Below are positions 10,909-24,590 of a DNA stretch of 64,000 nucleotides, piece by piece. The DNA is taken from the NCBI GenBank assembly GCA_951406725.2, contig OX597831.1, forward strand, positions 9,114,001 through 9,178,000, given 5' to 3'. A program made the translations under genes and the position numbers. Source of the stretch: Octopus vulgaris. Taxonomy: Eukaryota. Every line of letters starts with the position of its first letter. The first letter of the stretch is position 1. The notes below the pieces were generated by a model. That model saw only the letters and a program-made list of their open reading frames with translations, did not search any database and was not told where the DNA came from.

Positions 10909-12558
10909 TTCCTAAAACGATCTTGTGCTGGTCCATTTGTATTAGCTGTTAAGGCGAGGGCATCATCTTTGTAGATGGCGAAATGTACGTTAGGGAATGT
11001 CTTACCGAAGGTATCTAGGAGAAAGAGTCCAATTAGATCACAGATGCCTGCCCCATCATATGAACCCATGCTCACATCGAAAGCGCCCTCCGTGTCGGTG
11101 TTTTTTACCCACTTTGCATTCTCACTGAAAAGTAATGTCTTTCTAGCATGGAAGATTATATCCTTATCATTGGTACTAATTTCTATGAAGTCACTAGCGA
11201 AGATTAGGGCTTTATCTAGCAGTTCTTTAGAGATAGAGGCATAAAAATCAACAATATCGAATTTACATAATATTGAGGTCTCTTTCTTTCTTTTGTTATC
11301 TTACCGTTTTATCAATAAATCACCTCCCGGACGACGTTATCCTCAACTAAGAGCTAATACGACCTTTTTGGGATTATCGCCTAACATCGGTTGAGGACTC
11401 TCACAAACAAAAGAATCTAATATGGACGCATATCACATAGATTATTCTATGAAAAATATACCGATCCCATCAAAGGATTTTTACTCTAAGAAACTTCTGC
11501 AAGAAATTACTGATGTAATTAAGCGTATGAGATGGAAGGCTTTCTTTTTTGACACAGAAGCGAACACCAAGGAAAACATTTTCTATCGGATAAAATCCAA
11601 AAATTCCCTCCTAGGATTAAAGGCTTGGAAGATTTCGAAGCGGACCTGCTGAAGATCATGAGCAAAATAAAGTTTCGTAAGTCTTTTAACAATTTCCAAC
11701 ATAAATTGAAAAAAGATATTGATCATATAAAATGCTCCAAGAAAAAAGCACTTTTTTCGGATAAAACCAAGAACTTATACCTGGTAGATAAGAGCAAATA
11801 CACACAACCCTTACACAACAGCATTACTAATAATTATACTAAGGCTAGGGCACAGACATATAACGAAATTAATAAAGAAGTTAGCGTCATCGCCGCTAAA
11901 CTTAAATTAGATAAAAAAATAGAAACCCTCCCCCAAAAAGAGGCCTTTATTACTATTAAAGATCAAAAAGAAAACTTCCTTTCCAACCCTAAATGTAGGC
12001 TTATCAACCCAGCCAAGTCAGAACTAGGGATTATTAGCAAAGAAATTTTAGATAAAATAAATACGAAAATTAAGACCGATACTAGGCTAGTGCAATGGTC
12101 CAATAGTATAGAAGTCGTAGAGTGGTTTAAAGCTATTAAGAATAAGAAAAAAGCGAGGTTTACACAATTCGATATTGTTGATTTTTATGCCTCTATCTCT
12201 AAAGAACTGCTAGATAAAGCCCTAATCTTCGCTAGTGACTTCATAGAAATTAGTACCAATGATAAGGATATAATCTTCCATGCTAGAAAGACATTACTTT
12301 TCAGTGAGAATGCAAAGTGGGTAAAAAACACCGACACGGAGGGCGCTTTCGATGTGAGCATGGGTTCATATGATGGGGCAGGCATCTGTGATCTAATTGG
12401 ACTCTTTCTCCTAGATACCTTCGGTAAGACATTCCCTAACGTACATTTCGCCATCTACAAAGATGATGCCCTCGCCTTAACAGCTAATACAAATGGACCA
12501 GCACAAGATCGTTTTAGGAAGGATATTATCCAGTTAATGAAACACTTCGGACTTAGTA

Positions 12559-12562
<4 letters not shown>
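10903..12562 (+). mobile_element. Penelope-like element, 3'-truncated, with inverted terminal duplication, in (TA)n
   Basis: 10903-11263 is the reverse complement of 12166-12526; 36-nt tail 12527-12562; (TA)n on both sides. Confidence 0.9.
11422..12562 (+). pseudogene. PLE reverse transcriptase (N-terminus to YKDD), one frameshift near 11610
   Basis: YSMKNIPIPS..KRMRWKAFFF / SDKTKNLY..AFITIKDQKENF..PKCRLINPAKSELG..QFDIVDFYASI..FDVSMGSYDGAGICDLIG..YKDD; Naiad-like by motif. Confidence 0.9.
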
Positions 12563-12602
<40 letters not shown>

Positions 12603-12610
12603 GCACAAAT

Positions 12611-12836
12611 ACTTATTTCTTTATTGCCCACAAGGGGCTAAAGATAGAGGGAATAAACAAGGACAGACCAACTGATTAAGTCGATTACATCGACCCCAGT
12701 GCGTAACTGGTACTTAATTTATCGACCCCGAAAGGATGAAAGGCAAAGTCGACCGCGGCGGAATTTGAACTCAGAACGTAGCGGCAGACGAAATACTGCT
12801 AAGCATTTCGCCCGGCGTGCTAACGTTTCCGCCAGA
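12611..12836 (-). mobile_element. SINE family A
   Basis: Reverse complement of the family A body. Confidence 0.85.
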
Positions 12837-13276
12837 ATTAGCGCTATGTCAGTTTGCTCCGCTACAGATAATATATAGTTCAGAAAATGCTGATCATTTT
12901 AAGATTTTGTTGCACATAGTGTATTCTTTATAGTTTTAACGTCTGCGTTACTTTCGGTACATGTCCAGTGACCTGAAGGCAGAAGTGTATATCCAAGCAA
13001 GAGAAGTTGAATTGTTGAAACCTTTCCATATCTCGTACCATTCGTAGGTGTCTGATATTGAAATATTCTCACACTTTTGTCTCTGGCCTCGCGGCTCCTT
13101 CTCTCCTCGGGTGGTATATAGAAACCAACGCATTACTCATTGTACGGTATCATCCTTCAGCAAAACTACTAGTTCGGGAAAACACAAAACTCTGACAGTC
13201 AACACCTCGAATCAGCTTGTAAACGTGGTGAGCAGGCTGAGCAGTAGAATCACAGATGATAGCTGTCTGGAGGCAA

Positions 13277-13330
<54 letters not shown>

Positions 13331-13457
13331 GCATTCAGGTGTATATATATATATATACATATACACACACAGCTACAGCCTCGGCTTGAAAGTTATAATA
13401 GGATATGTGTACACGCGCAAACATACGTAAAGATATGCATACATATATTCATATATA

Positions 13458-13691
13458 CCTATTTCTTTATTACCCACAAGGGGCTAAACACAGAGAGGAC
13501 AAACAAGGACAGACAAACGAATCAAGTCGATTACATCGACCCCAGTGCGTAACTGGTACTTAATTTATCGACCCCGAAAGGATGAAAGGCAAAGTCGACC
13601 TCGGCGGAATTTGAACTCAGAACGCAACCGCAGGCGAAATACGCCCACGCAGTGCGCCCAGCGTGCTAACGGTTCTGCCAGCTCGCCGCCT
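13458..13691 (-). mobile_element. SINE family A
   Basis: Full-length reverse copy. Confidence 0.85.
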
Positions 13692-13695
13692 TTAT

Positions 13696-13785
<90 letters not shown>

Positions 13786-14223
13786 ATATACACTCACATA
13801 CACATAGAGTATGTTCACACAAAGCGGTGGGGATCAAAATAGTGAAGCGCACTTAGACTTTTAACACTGTCTCGCACCAGCACAAACTCCCTCACCAAGA
13901 TATTGCAACCTTTGGCCCACAAACATATTGTTTTCTATTCCCCAATTGTATCAATGCTATAAAAGCTTCCTCTCCTCCGAAAATAGTTCATTTTACACCA
14001 CCTACACTAAGTCTCTTGTCATCCCTACTGTGTCTTCACCTTCCCCTCCAAGTACAAACCTCTAAACCAAGGAATGGCAACTTTACCTCAACTGGGGACC
14101 GCATCGTACTATTTCCAAATGGGAGAGGGCCACATGATAAAACACATGCGCATGAAATATTACTTGCCCACTTTACACTAAATCTTTTGTAGTTCTTCTT
14201 AATTATATTTGTCTTTGTATGAA

Positions 14224-14454
14224 AAGGCGGCGAGCTGGCAGAACCGTTAGCATGCCAGGCGAAATGCGTAGCCGTATTTCGTCTGCCGTTACGTTCTGAG
14301 TTCAAATTCAACAGAGGTCGACTTTGCCTTTCATCCTTTCGGGGTCGATAAATTAAGTACCAGTTACGCACTGGAGTCGATGTAATCGACTTTATCCGTT
14401 TGTCTGTCTTTGTTTGTACCCTCTATGCTTAGCCCCTTGTGGGTAATAAAGAAA
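14224..14454 (+). mobile_element. SINE family A with TSD
   Basis: Full-length; flanked on both sides by ATATTTGTCTT(T/C)GTATGAAA. Confidence 0.88.
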
Positions 14455-15007
14455 CATATATTTGTCTTCGTATGAAATTAGTAACCTAGGAACTCATCGA
14501 GGGCCACACAATAACATGTCGAGGGTCGCATGTTGCCCATGCATGCTCTGAACACATTCCTTCTTTTACAGATCTTCACCATTCAATGAAATCTTTTCAC
14601 CCACAAATGTTTTTTTTCCGAAAAAGTTAATTTTTCGCCCTGTTCACAAAATCATACACGCCTCAGTTTACTTCGCAGTCAGGAATTTTTCAAAACGTAG
14701 ACGTGGGTTCTGCACATTTAGGAACAACTGTTTAAAGGTTCCACAATAAAATAACCTTGGAAAACATTGAAGTAACGCATCAGGGTTACAATCAATTAAT
14801 GTTAGAAATAATGCGATGACGGGAACATGGAGACATGGAGACCCCTGCAAATATGGTTTTGTAGATATCGTCAGAGAAGCATGGTAGAGCACGACTTTAA
14901 AATCCTTTCAGCACCTCCGAAGCATTTACATTATATTATATCGTGGGTAATAAAGTGATGGCAGGAGAATACGTTAAAGAAAGATTTCAATGATTTTGAG
15001 GAGGACA

Positions 15008-15053
<46 letters not shown>

Positions 15054-15618
15054 CTAAGAATGCTTACTTATTAATGTTCTGTGCTTTGTCTTTCAAATAT
15101 AATGATCAAGTTATCTCCTGTTCCGAGATAATGGACGATCGAGTTATCGTCCCTGTAGTATAACGCAAACAGAAAAATCAATAGGAAAAGTTAGGTTTAA
15201 GAGTCCTTAATTTTCCCTTCTTTATGTCTTACGGGTAAATGGGTGAGTGGATATAAGCGTGGATTGACTCAGAGTTTGGTAGGTATAGTAATGGGTCAAT
15301 CACACTATAAATAAAAATAGCGTGATCGAACCAGAGTCGTCCCGTACATTCTTTGTCCTTCCTGCCGTTCCAATAAGGCTCTTTTCCGCCGTTTGTTCTT
15401 CGCGCTCGTTTGTTCTTCATGCTGTGCCTTGTTAAGGTGGTTTGTTGAAACCTGTCCCTCCCGTGCTGTGTCGAGTTAAGGTTGTTTGTTAAAACTTGTA
15501 CTTCCCGTCGTGCTGTGCCGTGTCAAGGCTCCTTCCCGTCGTGCTATGCCATGCCGAGTAAAGGCAGGTTGTTAAAGCTTGTCCTACCGTTTTAACTCGG
15601 CACGAGGAGGAACCGAGC

Positions 15619-16197
15619 CGAGTCAAGTGCTTGTGATGGTGTGCGCGAGTCAAGTGCTTGTGATGGTGTGCGCGAGTCAAGTGCTTGTGATGGTGTGCGC
15701 GAGTCAAGTGCTTGTGATGGCGTGCGCGAGTCAAGTGCTTGTGATGGTGTGCGCGAGTCAAGTGCTTGTGATGGTGTGCGCGAGTCAAGTGCTTGTGATG
15801 GTGTGCGCGAGTCAAGTGCTTGTGATGGCGTGCGCGAGTCAAGTGCTTGTGATGGTGTGCGCGAGTCAAGTGCTTGTGATGGTGTGCGCGAGTCAAGTGC
15901 TTGTGATGGTGTGCGCGAGTCAAGTGCTTGTGATGGCGTGCGCGAGTCAAGTGCTTGTGATGGTGTGCGCGAGTCAAGTGCTTGTGATGGTGTGCGCGAG
16001 TCAAGTGCTTGTGATGGTGTGCGCGAGTCAAGTACTTGTGATGGTGTGCGCGAGTCAAGTGCTTGTGATGGTGTGCGCGAGTCAAGTGCTTGTGATGGTG
16101 TGCGCGAGTCAAGTGCTTGTGATGGTGTGCGCGAGTCAAGTGCTTGTGATGGTGTGCGCGAGTCAAGTGCTTGTGATGGCGTGCGCGAGTCAAGTGC
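15619..16197. repeat. 27-bp minisatellite, ~21 near-perfect copies
   Basis: Unit GAGTCAAGTGCTTGTGATGG(T/C)GTGCGC, head-to-tail with no spacers. Confidence 0.97.
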
Positions 16198-17026
16198 GAG
16201 TGAAAGTGATTCAGAAAAAAGTTATAATGATAATATTTTTGGACTTTTGTTGTTATCATCACTGCATGGCGAAATCTTAAAAAAAAAACTCTGTGGATCA
16301 ACGGAGACCATCAGATGCGAGACAGCAGCTTCGTGTGTTTTGGAAGGAACACTAAGATTGTTAACTGCTTGAAAATCATCGATATAGTTGTGACACCTGC
16401 TTTTTTCTTACTGTATACCTGTATTCTAACGTTTTTATTTAGACTTTGAACCCGGAACCATGCGGTTGGGAAACTGTCTTCTTACCACCCAGCCACGCCT
16501 TAATAGAAAAAACTATAAAAGATAATCGAATCAGATTATCTTTAGCCTATTTTAACGTTCCTTTGTTGAAATAAATCAAATATACGAAATGGGTTTAATT
16601 CCAAATAGCATAAAATTCTTTGATTAACGAGTTAACGTAATTGGTTGATCGTAATCAAAATTCAGAGCCGCATCGATACACCAAAATTGAAAGTAATTAG
16701 AGCAAAATTAAAGGGGGATGATTTTGTGAATAAAACTAACTAGATCCTGTCCTAATATGTCTGACATTTAAAAGTAGGTGTAAAGTGCAGGACAGGGCTG
16801 GCTGTGATGACTATCTTCAGAACGTTATTTGTGGTGGCTGTGTATGGAGGCTTGTTAACCACAAGACTATCCATAAACAATCTTCTGTGCGGAGGGCTGA
16901 AGAAAAAGGGTTGTTTGACAATTGCTATTTGTCATACATTTGCATATCACCTGTTTTTATGAAAGTAGATATATGTGCTGTCCTTCTGTGTGTAAACCTG
17001 CCTGATACATTCAATGTTGGCTAAAA

Positions 17027-18736
17027 CCTACGCCAGTATATCCCCCATCTTACTTAACAAATCCCTTATATTTGCCCGCAACCTTTCACTCATAGACAGA
17101 GAAAAAATTGACATAATACTATTAGCTAGAAAAACCATAATAGAATTCGACGGTAGACTCTGGACCAGATCCGATACCCCCGACAATTTTGATGTGGCTA
17201 TGGGCTCGAGCGATTCAGCTCAGGTGACTGACTTGGTCGGGGCCTACCTGCTCAAGAAGCTTTTCTCCGAGGTATCGGATCTTCAGGGGGGTCTATACAG
17301 AGACGACGCTCTCTTCATATACCCCACCAACAATAGGAGTAAACTAGAAAGAATTAGGAAAAAGATCAGGCTTTTTTTCAAATCCTTCAATCTTAAACTA
17401 GAATTTATGACCAATACTAAAATAGTAAACTTCTTAGATGTTACGTTAGACTTGAATAAGCACCTTCACCACCCGTATAGGAAACCCGAAGAAACTACCA
17501 AATACATCCATACCTCTTCCAACCATCCACCCTGTATAATTAGCACCACGGTCCAAGCCATCTCAGACAGACTGACAAAACTATCCTCTAATAGAGAAAT
17601 TTTCAATAATCACGCACAACACTACAACCAGGCTCTCTATAGTGCCGGGTATAACCAGAGAATATCATATGTAGACCACCCGGGAGCGTCCGTCTGCCAT
17701 AAAACTCCCAATTATAATCGAACTCAGCACTCAACTCACACTAGCGATAATTCTAATTTAAACTCCAAACAACGTATAGGAAATAGACGAACTAATAGAA
17801 TAGCACACAATAGTAACCCTCCCGACGAGAGCAATATAGATCCTATTAGGAGAAATAGAAGGGATAATAGATTACGCAAATATATATGGTTCAACTTACC
17901 TTACAACTTAGCAGTTAGGGGTAAGTTATGTAAGAGAATATTCTCTATCATTTCCAACAACTTCCCACCCACCCACAAGTATAGAAGCATCTTCTCCAAC
18001 AAAACCATTAGGATTTCCTACTCTACCCTGCCCAACATGAGCTGCCTCATAGCTAAACATAACTATATTAATATTAGAACAGCTAGATCAAGAGCAAACC
18101 ATAGCGACCAACAGAACCCCCCTCATCTAGACAGTAGACAATATAACCAGACTGGCAGCCATACTACCCAAACAGTTAGTAATAACACCCGCCAACACAA
18201 CAGAGGAAATACTACACCCATCAACAACCAGGAGGATATCAACGCCCCCACTCGTATTGCAACACCTCCGCCTGGGATTAGCAGCACACGACCGAATAAT
18301 GCAATGCAATGCAACTGCAGATGTGCATCAGAGTGCCCGCTGCAGGGCGCATGTAGGGCGAAAAACGTAATATATTCATGTGAGGTGAGTACTCAGTTTA
18401 ACACACTCACCTATATTGGTTGTCTCAACCTCCTGGAAATCCAGATACTACAACCACCGGTCCTCGCTGAGACACAGACATAAGGCTAACAGCACCTCCC
18501 TTTCTAAAAGAATTTGGGAATTAAAAGACAAATGTATAGGCTTCAAACTCAGATGGTCCATCATCGGATCAGCTGCACCTTATTTAAATAATAGAGCAGG
18601 ATGCCAACTATGTTGTGTAGAACTCCTGAACATCTTGAAATTCAAAGACAAACACAATCTTATTAACAAAAGGTCAGAGTTCAAACCATCCTGTATACAC
18701 AAACTTATTAATACTTTCAAATACTACAAAGCTTAG
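17027..18736 (+). pseudogene. PLE RT plus GIY-YIG endonuclease, single frameshift near 18425
   Basis: FDVAMGSSDSAQVTDLVG..YRDD..VNFLDVTLDL..PYRKP..YIHTSSNHPP..IWFNLPY..CNCR..CPLQGAC..VIYSC..YIG / SRYYNH..CQLCCVE..LINKRSE..CIH. Confidence 0.93.
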
Positions 18737-18901
18737 GTTTTATACCAACTCCCCCATGCAATTTCCTCCCACCCGGTGCAACCTGTCGGCTCCAGCACAT
18801 CCCGCTTTCCTATATGTGCGTGTATATGCGTATGTGTATGTGTATGTATATGTATGTGCACATATGTGTACGTATATGTACATATATATATATATATATG
18901 C

Positions 18902-18933
<32 letters not shown>

Positions 18934-20574
18934 ATATATGTTTCCCTGCATTTTCCTCCTATATATACAAATTTTGTCTCCCATACATGACTTCTTTTCC
19001 CTAAATATTTCTTCTCCTACACCCATATCCTTCCTATATAGTCTCTTTACTTCCCTATATCTATACCCTTTCACATTTCTAACTCGGATGTTGAACGCAC
19101 ACCGCCAAACTCCACTTCCCACCCTTCCAATTTTCAGTTCCCCCCGCCCGCCCCTACGTGGGCACTTTTAACACACACCTCTAACTTTCAACCACCTTCA
19201 TCTCATGTTAAATTATATTTTTATCTTATTTTATTTTATTTTTATTTTTACTCTTATTCTACTTCCATTTATTCTCATTTTCATTTTCATCCCTTACCTT
19301 AACTCTTATAATTTTTATAATTTTTATATTTCATTTCTAACTATTACATTGTATTTCTTATTTTATACTGTATTTCTTACTTTTATTTCTAATTTTTACC
19401 CTTACCCTCATTCTTACCCCTAACTTATCGCTTTACATCTCTATATATGTTTATTTACTTACCTATAGATCCACTTTTGACTATACGAGCGTCCGTGTAC
19501 GTATGTATACGCATACATACATAAACGCGCGCATATATGTACATGCATATTTTGATATCTTATAGCTATACCCATATGTCTCTGTGTGTGTGTGTAGGTG
19601 TATATGTGCATGCACATACGTACACACAGCCGTGTGTGCGTGCACGCATAGACGTGATTCCTTACATACGCTCTTATATACATCCTTTAATATCTTATAT
19701 CTAGACCTGGAAGCGTGGGCATATGCGTGTGTGTATGTAGGGATGGGCGCGCGTATGTACATGTGAGTGTGTACACGTATAGTGTCCGTGTATACATGCG
19801 GATATTCTGTTGTATGTATGTATGTGTACGCACGTGCGTGTGGGTGTGTGTGTGTTTATATGCATGTTTACACGCGAGTGCGTGTGTATGCTTATAGGCT
19901 TGGAGGCGTATATGTACGCGTGTATATGGGTGTATGTATCCATGTTGGTATGTATGTACTAGAAGTCCAAATAATTCAAGGAACCAGATTAAACGCTCAA
20001 CAGCTCTGATTTACAACGCATTAGGTCCCCAGACGAAACTGTTGATTTACTGACAATTCTACAACTAAATTTTATCAATCTCCTGACCACCATGCTTGGT
20101 CCTTAACCTCTATACATCCCTTATCTTTATATTTTTTTATATTTTGTTACATTTTTATCATGTTTTTTTACTTTTATTTTTATTTCTATTTCTATTTTTA
20201 CTTTATAACCTTATGCCTTTACATTTATTTATATTTCTTTATATTTCTTTATATTCTTTATACCCCCTTTACATCTCCTTATATCTCTTTATATCTTTAT
20301 GCTCTACATTTTTATATTTTTCTATACTTACACTTTTTATACATTTTTTATCCCTCGTCCTGAATTCTCGCCCCTCCATCTTCACGTATATACATGTATT
20401 TATTTATTTACATTACTTCAACATCCATTTTTCCTCATCCTACATTGAGAGAAGAAAGAGATGGACGCTTCAATTCTATGCTGCTGCCGCATTATGTCGT
20501 ACGCGAATGAGAGGATTTGCATCCCCAACCAAGAATTTTTGATGTAACACATATCCTTGCGGAAGCTGTTGTGC

Positions 20575-20652
20575 GCGGCTGAAGAAGGCCACAGACATAC
20601 ATTATGCATTGTTATAAATCTGTCTAATAAAGGCCCGAAACATATGTACCGC
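20575..20652 (+). ncRNA. Type I hammerhead in PLE 3' tail
   Basis: GCGG-CTGAAGA-A-GGCC(41 nt)GGCC-C-GAAAC ATAT GTA-CCGC; palindrome ACATATGT; cleavage after 20648. Confidence 0.8.
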
Positions 20653-21919
20653 TGAATCCTTCGCATCATGTTTTTATTTTGATCAATTTACTCCACCACC
20701 TACACCACCAAACGGTATACACAGGTGCTTATAATTATCAAGTACTCACCCCGAATTTCTATATATATATATGTATATATATACTAAAGTAGTATAAGCA
20801 TGTAAATTGAAACTATACACTGTTAATACACTTGTAATTTATTAATTGAATTAGCTGTAAAGAACGTGTTACGTACACAGTTTGATCTACCCAGTTACTT
20901 AATCCTTTAGTAATTTTGGGTTTATAAGAAGTGTCTTAATGGGGTACTCAGTTGCAACGGTGAGTGCCTATCAATACAGAACATACACAGAGTGCTACTT
21001 AATAAATCTTAAATGAACTTTAATGAAAATTTTATTTTATAAGTTATTGCATTCGTGACTAAAAGTTTGTTCATGTTTTCTAGTTAGCTTTTATAATGAT
21101 AGCTTCACTTGGATGACAACAACGGATTATTATGTTGTATCACAATTTCTAGTCTTAGTGGTTTAGTACCATATATTTCTGTACCATGTCCGTACTTAGT
21201 GTAATGTATCTCTGCCTTATATTCATATTTACTTTACAGTTAAATAGGGAGTGTGTTTAAGTGAGTGTATATACTTGTTTAGACAAGAAAGTCATATACC
21301 ATCATCATCATCATCATCATAGTTTAATGTCTATTTTCCATGCTGGCATGGGTTGGACAGTTTGACAGGCGCTGGGGAGCTGGGGAGCTGTCCAGAAATT
21401 AATGCATTCATATTCAATAAAACCAAGTCAATTATTGTTTTTTTTTATCCACTCTGATCATAAACAGCCATTAACGACAGGGGTGATGTTTGAACAATAA
21501 TTGATATGGCTACAGTGAAACTTCATCATAAGCAATTTTTAACAAAAAAAAAAACAACAACAACAAAGAACAAAAGACAAAAAGCTATTACCAGAATTTA
21601 TCGTAGAGTAATGTAAACATCAGCAAGCATTGTTAGGTTTCGCGGGTTGTTCTGTGTTGAAATAATGCTGTTAGTGTGATATATTTTGGATCAGCAGGAA
21701 TTAGTTTTTTCAATATAGACCATTATAAGAATTGATTATTAACAATAGAAGCAGTGTGAATACGAAAATGTAATCTTTAGATCCAACTCAACAAGGACGC
21801 CATGTTAAAGGAGAGGCGCTCTCAAGGATAATTATGCAGTATTCAGGTGCTTTAACAATGCATCCATGTTATGCTGGATATAATGTTTACCTGTTGGTGT
21901 TGATATTACTTCCGTCGCA

Positions 21920-22378
21920 AGGTGGCGAGTTGGCAGAAACGTTAGCACGCAGGGCGAAATGCTTAGCGGTATTTCGTTTGTCTTTACTTTCTGAGTTCAA
22001 ATTCCGCCGAGGACGACTTTGCTTTTCATCCTTTCGGGGTCGATGAATTAAATGCCAGATGCGTACTGGGGTCGATCTGACCAAGTTCCCTCCCACAACA
22101 TTTTGGGCCTTGTACTTAGAGTAGGAAAGAATATTGCTTCTGTCGCAAGGCGGCGAGCTAGAAGAAGCCTTAAGGACGCCGGGCGAAATACTTAGCATTA
22201 TTTCGTCTGTCGTTACGTTCTGAGTTCAAATTCCGCCGAGGTCGACTTTGTCTTTCATCGTTTCGGAGTCGATAAATTAAGTACCAGTTACGCACTGGGG
22301 TCGATATAATCGACTTAATTCGTTTATCTGTCCTTGTTTGTCCTCTCTATGTTTAGCCCCTGGTAGGTAGTAAAGAAA
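21920..22378 (+). mobile_element. Two adjacent SINE family A copies (21920-22128, 22149-22378)
   Basis: Two heads, each preceded by (T/A)CTTC(C/T)GTCGCA; different tails. Confidence 0.8.
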
Positions 22379-22919
22379 CATATATTATGGCAATGAGGAT
22401 GATGATGATAATAGGTCAGTTGTAGTATTCAGAGAAAATGAAGAATGTGGATAGCTGGACAATGAAGGGCTGTGTTCATTGCGGAGTTTAATAGGTCATC
22501 AATTGTACTAGTTTCGAGGAGTGGCCATCCTGCTGGCCATGCTGTTATTGTTGTCGTTGCTGCTACTGCTGCTGCTGCTGCTATCTATATATACTTTTAA
22601 TTTTGATGTTGAGGATGCTTTAGTTCAGTAACATATCTTTCTAGAGAATTCCCTAGGGGGGGGTGGGAATTTATGACCAGCTTCATCAGTAAGCACTTTG
22701 GACTTATTTTATATATTTTTGTCTTTTGTCCCTGTTTTGAGAAGAAGCGTAACTTCAAGCAACTTTTCACAGATCAATTTTTAGACAGTATTGTCTAACC
22801 CTGGCTTCCATTCTGCTGCGAAGGACAGGCGCTGCGGGATTTTGTCTCGGAGTGTATATTTTACAATTTGAACAAAAACGTATTAAAAATAACTGCTCTC
22901 TCACCACCTCTCTCGCCCT

Positions 22920-23201
<282 letters not shown>

Positions 23202-23676
23202 CATCTATGTAACACATAGATACACACACACTTACACACACTCATATATAATACAGATATGTATATTTTCCTACTGACATATTAGGAATGCGTATGCTAA
23301 CGCTTAAAACAGTTGAAACTTATATACGTCCAGGCGTAAATGCGTATTTCCAATCACAAATCTATTATACGTACATATAAACAAACACATTAACGGACGT
23401 TTACACATACACACAGATACATGTACAAAGATTTTGCCTATACACATACACATATGCATGCACGCGGATATTTCCAATTCAGTGGTCTTTCAAAAATACG
23501 TATATTATTTTCTTAACACTATATTGCTTGGTATTTTAAATTAATATCATTTTAAGTCTTTGGCTACTTTCCAAAATGTGCGCATCAGCTTGAAACTTTA
23601 GACAAGATATAAAAATGATGAGATGACATTTCATTCTGTCTACATGTTTTTCCTCTCTATGTTCGTATGTGTGATA

Positions 23677-23739
<63 letters not shown>

Positions 23740-23741
<2 letters not shown>

Positions 23742-23765
23742 GTGAAATAGAAAGATGAATAATCT

Positions 23766-23810
<45 letters not shown>

Positions 23811-24590
23811 AAGAAATGGAGCTGAACGCAGATTAACAGAAATCGTTTTATTTCATTCTACACGTGTTCAAGGCACAAATTACCAAAATCCGATGGAATA
23901 ATGGGACCATATTGTGTCTTTCTCAGGAAGAAATAGAAATCCGTTGGAAAAACAAAAACAACAGAGGCGGATCAAAACAAATCGAACTATGCTCCTAAGA
24001 GCCCATGGCGAAACTGTTTATCAGTGTATGTTGAGAACCGGTGGCTGATATCAGGCATCGGTCAATCAGTGGGTGAGGGGCGTAGATGTTCTTTGTGACC
24101 GAGAATAAAGTTCTGACTATTTAAGGAATATTGATGTTTTATAAGGGCGAGAAAAACTACAGAGACGTGTGTGTGTATACTGTTCTATATACGTGTGTGT
24201 TGGTAGGGTAGAAAACATTTTGTGTACGTGTGTTTGATCGTTCGGCTGTCAGTGGCTACTGCCGTGATGACCGTTGGGTGGCAGAAAAAAATACATCATG
24301 TTTTATGTGTGTGTGTTCTCATCTAAACCTGCCTTGTCAAGGAAACCCCCGCTGTGAAAACCAAGCCCGTTTGTCTTACAGGAGTAATTCCCCTTGCAGT
24401 GGTTAATCGTAGATATCTAAAGGCTATTTCAGAATTTGTTACCAAGGGTTATGGGTGCCGGTATTATTTATAAACGCTATTTAAAAGCCAGATAAGTAAC
24501 GCCGCCAATGGGGGCATCAAAAGCCGACTGTAAAAGCCGTTTACCATCCGTCTGCAAACAAAATATGGAAGAGTTCGGAGACATATGCAT
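23740..24590 (-). mobile_element. Decayed PLE terminal-repeat family copy (related to 57060-57575) with broken HHR
   Basis: Shares GTGAAATAGAAAGATGAATAATCTTGT and TTGAAGAAATGGAG..TTCTACACGTGTT..CCATATTGTGTCTTTCTCAGGAAG with the 57-kb element; HHR core has deletions; right boundary uncertain. Confidence 0.6.

Larger units (their letters stand above)
17027..20760 (+). mobile_element. 5'-truncated Penelope-like element (Naiad-like) with ~2-kb 3' tail and HHR
   Basis: RT and GIY-YIG coding region, then a low-complexity tail with an HHR at 20575-20652, ending at (TA)n. Confidence 0.85.

Noticed and set aside
13545-13856. Recurrent peptides [18 protein letters not shown] / [18 protein letters not shown]
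   Set aside because: Translations of SINE family A, not a protein family
15619-16197. CRISPR-like array
   Set aside because: 27-bp units abut directly with no unique spacers; no cas genes; eukaryotic context
22627-22695. Minus CTGATGA..GAAAGATATGTT as a hammerhead
   Set aside because: Stem III first pair and stem I fail; at best a heavily decayed relic
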